NCBI GenBank assembly: GCA_965208105.1
Contig: OZ242318.1
Coordinates: forward strand, 1,728,001 to 1,792,000
Length of the DNA stretch: 64,000 bases
Direction of reading: 5' to 3'
DNA from: Candidatus Latescibacterota bacterium
Lineage (GTDB): Bacteria; Latescibacterota; UBA2968; UBA8231
A program made the position numbers and the translations under genes. Each line of letters opens with the position of its first letter. Position 1 is the first letter of the stretch. This document shows, one piece after another, positions 58,689-64,000 of this stretch. Below the pieces are notes generated by a model that was not told the DNA's origin, did no database searches, and was given only the letters and a program-made list of their open reading frames with translations.

Positions 58689-60737
58689 TCAGTAGGCCAC
58701 AGCAACTGGTCGAATCCGAATTTCGTCTCCCCGATCTAGACGGGCTTTAACTCGCACCAGGTAGATACCGGGAGGCACTACATCGCCTTCATCGTCCCGA
58801 CCATCCCAATATCCCGGCGCCGTCGAGGCATCGCGGTTGCCAGGCGGGCGCAAGTACTGGCCACCGACAAGACGGGAATCAAGTTGACGAACCACCCTGC
58901 CACTCAGGTCGAGAATACTAATTTCCATATCCTGAGGTTCACTAACCCGAGAAAGGGTGAATTCAACGACGGTAGCGTCATTGATGTTATCGCCATTAGG
59001 AGTAATCACTTCGGGACTGATTCGCACGGAACTGAGGACCGTGCCTTCCACATCAGTTGCGCGAACACTCCATGATCGCCCGGACGAAGTGTCTTCCTCG
59101 CCGTTGAGGATCTCGTCCGAATCGGGTGCAAAAAATTGGGACGAAAAATCAAATTCGTTGGTCAGGAGCCGGGCCGCAAAGCTCACTTCAAGAGTTCCGT
59201 CACTATTCCAAGGCTCCGCGAAGGTAATCTCTATGCCATTGCCCAGAATCACCCTCTCCTTCTCGGTGACTCCCGCCGGCAAGGTGAGCTGCACGTCGGT
59301 AGCCAGACTCGGCATGGCAATGAGCAACCTTTCCACTCCAGCGTCATCGTCTCCAAATGAGAGGTCGAGGGTGTAGGTAAATGTGGTGTCTCGGCCCAAA
59401 ATCACACTGTTTGGGACAACCCAACCCAGTGCCTGGGATACTGGAAACGTATCGGTGAACTCGACGGAAAGATTGTCAAATCGAGGGGCAAGGTCCTCGA
59501 ATTCAGCACTCATATTGACCCGGTACTGCAGGAGATTCCTGGGTTCCGGTACGGTCAACTCCGCTTCGAAATCGGTAATTTCATCACTCCATTCACTCCA
59601 TGCGGCCTCGTCATCCTGGTTTGCACTTCTAAACTGCAATGAAATGGCCGCCCCCTCGGGAATTTCTCCATCCCACCGGACCCGGCCGAAATTTTTTCTC
59701 CCCTGTGCCCCCAGATCAATCGCCTCGGAAACATATGCTCCAGAAGGGGTGGCGCCCGTTCCAAAAACTTGAATTTCCGCCACCCGGGAACGTCGCAGCG
59801 GATCTACCTGGGCGATAACCACGCGGACGAAGCGAGCGAACAGCTCGTCGATCTGCACGGCGGTCGACTCTTTTTCTTCAATGTCATTGAGAACACCCAT
59901 CTCGGTCCACTGGAAACCGTCGTTGCTCACCTGAACCGCGTAGCCACGAAGGGAATTTTCCTCGAAATCTTCCATATTCTCACCCGCGGTGAGCACGCGG
60001 ACCTCGTTAACCAGCCTCGGGGTCAAAAGGTCGACTGTGGCCGCGGTATTAATCGCATCGACATTGACCGTCCATACACTTCCGGGATCTCCGTCGAAAA
60101 CCTCGGGCCTATTCGAGGACGGTTTGTTAAGGGCCAGATTTTCGCCCTCGACGTTGCGCAAGGTGAGGCCGCCATCGGACCTTCCCAGATCTATGCCGCC
60201 GGGGAAACCATAGATTATCTCCGCGTTGAGGCTGTCCACCCTCCCCGACACACTACCCAGGTCCAAATTACCTCCCTGCACCGGAGACCAGGCATCGTCC
60301 TCACTTAAATCGGCGGTGGTCCAATCGCCCCCCGTCTGGGCCTGTTCGGTCCAACGCCAGATCTCGTTCAGGCCGCTGGGTGTACTGATCCAGGCCTCGT
60401 TATCCGTGGATACTTCAACTAGCAGTCCACTGCCCAATCCTCCGCCTCGATTTTGCACGATAACCGCAATGTCGTTTTGGCTCCCAACCTCGACCGGGTA
60501 CTCCTCCATGGCGGACCAGTCGGCGTCCGAGCCTAGACTGCTACCGTTGAAAAACACCTCGTACTCGTCGACGGCCGTAATGCGCAAGGTTCCACTTCCG
60601 GCCTCAGCTGCGCCAAAGGAATATCGGAAATAGAGGGTTTGTCCCCACTCATCCACTATCCATTCATCCGCCCCGAGACTCGAACCCATCAACACCAGAG
60701 CAAACCCCGTTGCTAGAATTTTGCTAATCGGCTTCAT
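58689..60737 (-). CDS. Secreted protein: jelly-roll + discoidin (F5/8C)-like + FlgD/CHU_C-like C-terminal domain
   Basis: Signal peptide MKPISKILATG; LRITAVD.YEVFFNG; ENLALNKP..FDGD...RFVRV...VAEIQV; TPNGD.IND; WDGRD..G..VPPGIYLVRV. Confidence 0.75.
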   Translation of the reverse strand: MKPISKILATGFALVLMGSSLGADEWIVDEWGQTLYFRYSFGAAEAGSGTLRITAVDEYEVFFNGSSLGSDADWSAMEEYPVEVGSQNDIAVIVQNRGGGLGSGLLVEVSTDNEAWISTPSGLNEIWRWTEQAQTGGDWTTADLSEDDAWSPVQGGNLDLGSVSGRVDSLNAEIIYGFPGGIDLGRSDGGLTLRNVEGENLALNKPSSNRPEVFDGDPGSVWTVNVDAINTAATVDLLTPRLVNEVRVLTAGENMEDFEENSLRGYAVQVSNDGFQWTEMGVLNDIEEKESTAVQIDELFARFVRVVIAQVDPLRRSRVAEIQVFGTGATPSGAYVSEAIDLGAQGRKNFGRVRWDGEIPEGAAISLQFRSANQDDEAAWSEWSDEITDFEAELTVPEPRNLLQYRVNMSAEFEDLAPRFDNLSVEFTDTFPVSQALGWVVPNSVILGRDTTFTYTLDLSFGDDDAGVERLLIAMPSLATDVQLTLPAGVTEKERVILGNGIEITFAEPWNSDGTLEVSFAARLLTNEFDFSSQFFAPDSDEILNGEEDTSSGRSWSVRATDVEGTVLSSVRISPEVITPNGDNINDATVVEFTLSRVSEPQDMEISILDLSGRVVRQLDSRLVGGQYLRPPGNRDASTAPGYWDGRDDEGDVVPPGIYLVRVKARLDRGDEIRIRPVAVAY

Positions 60738-60769
60738 AAATTCATCATCCCATATCGTATGTGTAGAGC

Positions 60770-62857
60770 TCAATAAGCCACGGCCACCGGCCGGACCCGA
60801 ATTTCTTCTTCCCGACCCAGAACAGCTCGCACCCGAACGAGGTAGATTCCAGGCGGGACAACGGCTCCTTCTTCGTCCCGGCCATCCCAGTATCCAGGAG
60901 CTTCGGAAGGATCGCGGGTGACCGGTGGGCGCAGATACTGACCACCCACCAGACGGGACTCAAGTTGTCGAATCACCCGGCCGGAAAGATCGAGAATGCT
61001 GATTTCCATGTCCTGAGGTTCAATAACCCTGGAAAGGGTGAATTCAACCACTGTCGCGTCGTTGATGTCATCGCCATTCGGGGTGATAACCCCCGGATTG
61101 AGCCGCAACTTGCTGAGCACCGGGCCACTAGCGCCAGTTGCGCGGACCTTCCAGGATCCGTCCAGAAAATTTTCCTCGCTGTTGAGGGCATCTAACTCAC
61201 CAGGACCGAAGAGCTGGGCGGCAAAGACAAACTGACCCGTCAAAAGGCGAGCAACAAAACTGACCTCGAGGGTCCCGTCTGTTTTCCAGGGATCGGCAAA
61301 TTTTATCTCGAGGCCGTCTCCCAGAATCGCCATATCCTCCTCGGCGACTCCCTCAGGCAACTTGACCTGCACATCCGAGGCCAGGCTGGGCATGGCGATC
61401 ACCAGCCGTTCCACACCCGCGTCGTCATCACCGAAGGTGAGGTCGAGGAAATATGTAAAGGTCGTATCCCGGCCCAAGATCACGTCATTGGGCACAACCC
61501 GGCTCCGGGCTTCGGATACTGGAAAGGTGTCGGAGAATTCAATGGCTAGACTGTCGAGGCGAGGGGGTGCATCTACAAATTCAGCACTGAGATTGACCCT
61601 GTACTGCAACAAAGTCTTGGGTTCCGGCACTGAGAAGATTCCTTCATTCTCCACGACCTCTTCACTCCAATCGCTCCAGGAATCCTCCTCCTGATCAGCG
61701 CTCCTGAACTGCAGGGAAATGGAGGAGCCTTCAGGAATGTCACCCCACCACCGAACACGCCCGAAATTTTTGGCTTTGTCCGTTCCCAGGTCAAGTGCCT
61801 CCGAGATGTAAGTCCCAGATAAAACAGCTCCTTGTCCCAGCACTTGGATCTCGGCGACTTCGGAAATGCGCTGAGGGATGACTTGGGAGATCACAATGCG
61901 GACATAACGAGCGAAAATTGGATCGAATTGGATAGAGGGACGCTCGAACAGCCCCGCTTCCAGAATGTTGTTGAAAACTCCCACCTCGGTCCACTGAAAC
62001 AAGTCATTGCTCACCTGAACAGCAAAACCCACCAGGGAATTGGCTTCAAAATCCCCCTCTTTGGTTGGATTGGTTAGGATGCGTACCTCGGAAACCAGGC
62101 GCCGGGTCAGAAGGTCGATGGTTGCGGAGCCGTTCAACGTCTCATCTCTGACAGTCCACCAGGTATTTGGACGGCCGTCGAAGGCCGCCGCTCGTTCCAG
62201 TGACCGCCTTCCAATGGCCAGGTTCTCGCCCTCGATACTGCGCAGGGTAATTCCGCCCTCGGGGCGACTGAGGTCAACGTCACCGGCAAACCCTGCAATA
62301 ACCTCGGTGTTTAAAGTATCCTCCCACCCTGAAATTATGGCCCGGTCGAGATTTCCTCGCTGGACCGGCTGCCAGGTATCCAGCTTGTTCAATTCAAAAG
62401 TATCTTCCATGAGCCACCCGACATCTTCCCCTTCTTCCTGTGGCTCAACAGTCCAGAGCCATAGCTCATTAAGCCCAGCGGTAGTACTTATCCAACTTTT
62501 CTCTTCGGTATCCAGTTCAAGCAGCAAACCGCTGCCTTCATTGCCCCCGCTGTTGCGCACCACGACACCGATGTGGTTCGCCCTTCTCCCCAGAGCAACG
62601 GTGTACTCGTCCATGCTCTTCCAGTCGTCCCCCGCGTCCGTAACCCTTTCGCCGTTGAAAAAAAGCTCATATGCGTCAACTGCCGTCACGCGCAGGGTGG
62701 CATCCGCCGGCTGCGAGGAATTGTTGAAGGTAAAGCGGTAATAAGTGGTTTGTTCCCACTGCCTGGCCTTCCATTCCGTCGCGCCGCTGGTACGCCCCTC
62801 CATCAAAAGGGCAATTCCCAAAATCGAAATCAAAATTTTTATTTTCATACGACCCAT
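60770..62857 (-). CDS. Tandem paralog of 58689..60737
   Basis: Same domain order, with a near-identical C-terminal domain (TPNGDDINDATVVEFTLSRV.EPQDMEISILDLSGRV; IR.RPVAVAY). Confidence 0.75.
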   Translation of the reverse strand: MGRMKIKILISILGIALLMEGRTSGATEWKARQWEQTTYYRFTFNNSSQPADATLRVTAVDAYELFFNGERVTDAGDDWKSMDEYTVALGRRANHIGVVVRNSGGNEGSGLLLELDTEEKSWISTTAGLNELWLWTVEPQEEGEDVGWLMEDTFELNKLDTWQPVQRGNLDRAIISGWEDTLNTEVIAGFAGDVDLSRPEGGITLRSIEGENLAIGRRSLERAAAFDGRPNTWWTVRDETLNGSATIDLLTRRLVSEVRILTNPTKEGDFEANSLVGFAVQVSNDLFQWTEVGVFNNILEAGLFERPSIQFDPIFARYVRIVISQVIPQRISEVAEIQVLGQGAVLSGTYISEALDLGTDKAKNFGRVRWWGDIPEGSSISLQFRSADQEEDSWSDWSEEVVENEGIFSVPEPKTLLQYRVNLSAEFVDAPPRLDSLAIEFSDTFPVSEARSRVVPNDVILGRDTTFTYFLDLTFGDDDAGVERLVIAMPSLASDVQVKLPEGVAEEDMAILGDGLEIKFADPWKTDGTLEVSFVARLLTGQFVFAAQLFGPGELDALNSEENFLDGSWKVRATGASGPVLSKLRLNPGVITPNGDDINDATVVEFTLSRVIEPQDMEISILDLSGRVIRQLESRLVGGQYLRPPVTRDPSEAPGYWDGRDEEGAVVPPGIYLVRVRAVLGREEEIRVRPVAVAY

Positions 62858-62865
62858 TATTCCAG

Positions 62866-63381
62866 TTAGGCATCTGCTCCGATATAGGGTTGGTTGTCCC
62901 CAACGGTAATTGCCTTAGTCTCTGGGTTCACCACCATCTTCTGATAAGCCCCGAAGGGCTTCCAGCGTCTCGCTTTATTTTCCCATTCGTACTCTGGTTC
63001 TTCCTTGGGATTCGCAATTCCGATCAGGTTGAATGCCTCCTGCTCGTCAAAGGTATCCATATACTTGAAGGTGTAGGTTACGTAGTTGGACCTGCCGTCC
63101 TTCAAAACCACGAAAACCCAGACTCCCTTCACGTCCTTCCACTGAATGGTATCTATGTTATTGTGCTTGTGAATAAAAATGTCACACTCACCTAGTCTCT
63201 CCTCCAACGCCTCTCGAGTTTGGCCCAGCAGTTCGTAAACATCCAATTTTGTCTTTGACTGATTACTGTCACTACAACCAACCCCAATCACGAGAGCCAG
63301 AGGAACCAGGAGCTTCCAGTTGATCAACGCCATGCCAAGACGTACTTGCAACCAATTGGTATTTTTAGACTTAACTGCCAT
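62866..63381 (-). CDS. Hypothetical lipoprotein, first gene of the envelope operon
   Basis: Lipobox IGVG-C after a hydrophobic stretch; 8 bp from the next gene. The true start may be the downstream Met (MALINW). Confidence 0.6.
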   Translation of the reverse strand: MAVKSKNTNWLQVRLGMALINWKLLVPLALVIGVGCSDSNQSKTKLDVYELLGQTREALEERLGECDIFIHKHNNIDTIQWKDVKGVWVFVVLKDGRSNYVTYTFKYMDTFDEQEAFNLIGIANPKEEPEYEWENKARRWKPFGAYQKMVVNPETKAITVGDNQPYIGADA

Positions 63382-63857
63382 TATCTTCGTTGTATTCTCA
63401 ACGCGGCCCCCCGTTTTTTCCTAGTTTCACCCATAACATTGGCAATCTGGCGGCCATTGTCAAGGATTTTGTTTGGGCGCATCGGACGACAAAAATTAAA
63501 ATAATATTTTGTTTTTAAAAAATTTATAGAACTATTAATTCGAGCCGTAAATTCCTCTAGTCCCTCTCTACTCCCTCAAGTTTGAATGGTTCTGTTTCTT
63601 GGCAATGTGAAGGTATTGTCCAGCGTCAAATTGATCATTATTATCTGGAATAAGTCCGGGCTTTGTCAAGGAAAATATTCTTTGGGGATCGTCAAGGATT
63701 TTATTAAATTGATTTCAAAGATACCCGGTAAATCCACTTGCAGAGGTTCGAGGAGACATAAGTGCCAAAATATTCAAAATATTCTTGGGTTTTGTTTCTT
63801 GTTTTATTACATTGTGGATGATTTGGATGGGTAGATGATCTTAATGCAATATTATCT

Positions 63858-63893
63858 TTAACGACAACTTAACGGCAACATCCCTTCTATAAT
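63858..63893 (+). promoter_or_regulatory. 11-bp direct repeat followed by TATAAT upstream of the MotA/TolQ/ExbB gene
   Basis: TTAACGACAAC (63858-63868), TTAACGGCAAC (63869-63879), TATAAT (63888-63893), AAGGAG SD. Confidence 0.5.
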
Positions 63894-63908
63894 GAAAAGG
63901 AGAATTCA

Positions 63909-64000
63909 ATGGACACTTTAGTTTCCGGTGGCGTTTTGATGGTCCCTCTCGGACTTTGCGCGCTGCTTGGCCTTGCCTTCATCATCGAGAGATTTTTGGT
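63909..64000 (+). CDS. MotA/TolQ/ExbB proton-channel family protein (3'-truncated by the window)
   Basis: AAGGAG SD; MDTLVSGGVLMVPLGLCALLGLAFIIERF matches the GG..M.PL..CS...LA.I.ER N-terminal signature. It is absent from the supplied ORF track. Confidence 0.75.
   Translation, partial: MDTLVSGGVLMVPLGLCALLGLAFIIERFL

Overview
A high-GC bacterial window. The gene content (several PhyH-type dioxygenases, two DUF6785/6784-like membrane proteins, a sulfatase, beta-propeller hydrolase-like proteins, FlgD-type C-terminal domains) resembles Latescibacterota/Poribacteria-like marine or sponge lineages; this taxonomy is inference only. 1-44 kb is a patchwork of catabolic genes, including a complete soxBDAG sarcosine oxidase operon. 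It is interrupted by a MITE-like element, a two-gene type II restriction-modification insert (8.2-10.4 kb) and a lower-GC defence-like island (16.5-21.4 kb: TA pair, SF2 helicase, orphan antitoxin, DUF4258-like gene, XRE regulator). 44.2-63.4 kb is a lower-GC, nine-gene minus-strand envelope operon. It encodes three paralogous ~100 kDa predicted beta-barrel proteins with Asp-rich Ca-binding inserts (a fourth paralog opens the window), a giant TPR protein, a TM-anchored DUF4159 protein, a lipoprotein with a TonB-C/AgmX-like domain, two tandem lectin-like proteins with FlgD/CHU_C-like C-terminal domains, and a small lipoprotein. A MotA/TolQ/ExbB gene is transcribed divergently at the window edge. 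This locus is the best candidate for an undescribed PMF-energised outer-membrane secretion or uptake machine. No rRNA, tRNA or CRISPR array was recognised. All family assignments come from motif recognition by eye, not database searches.
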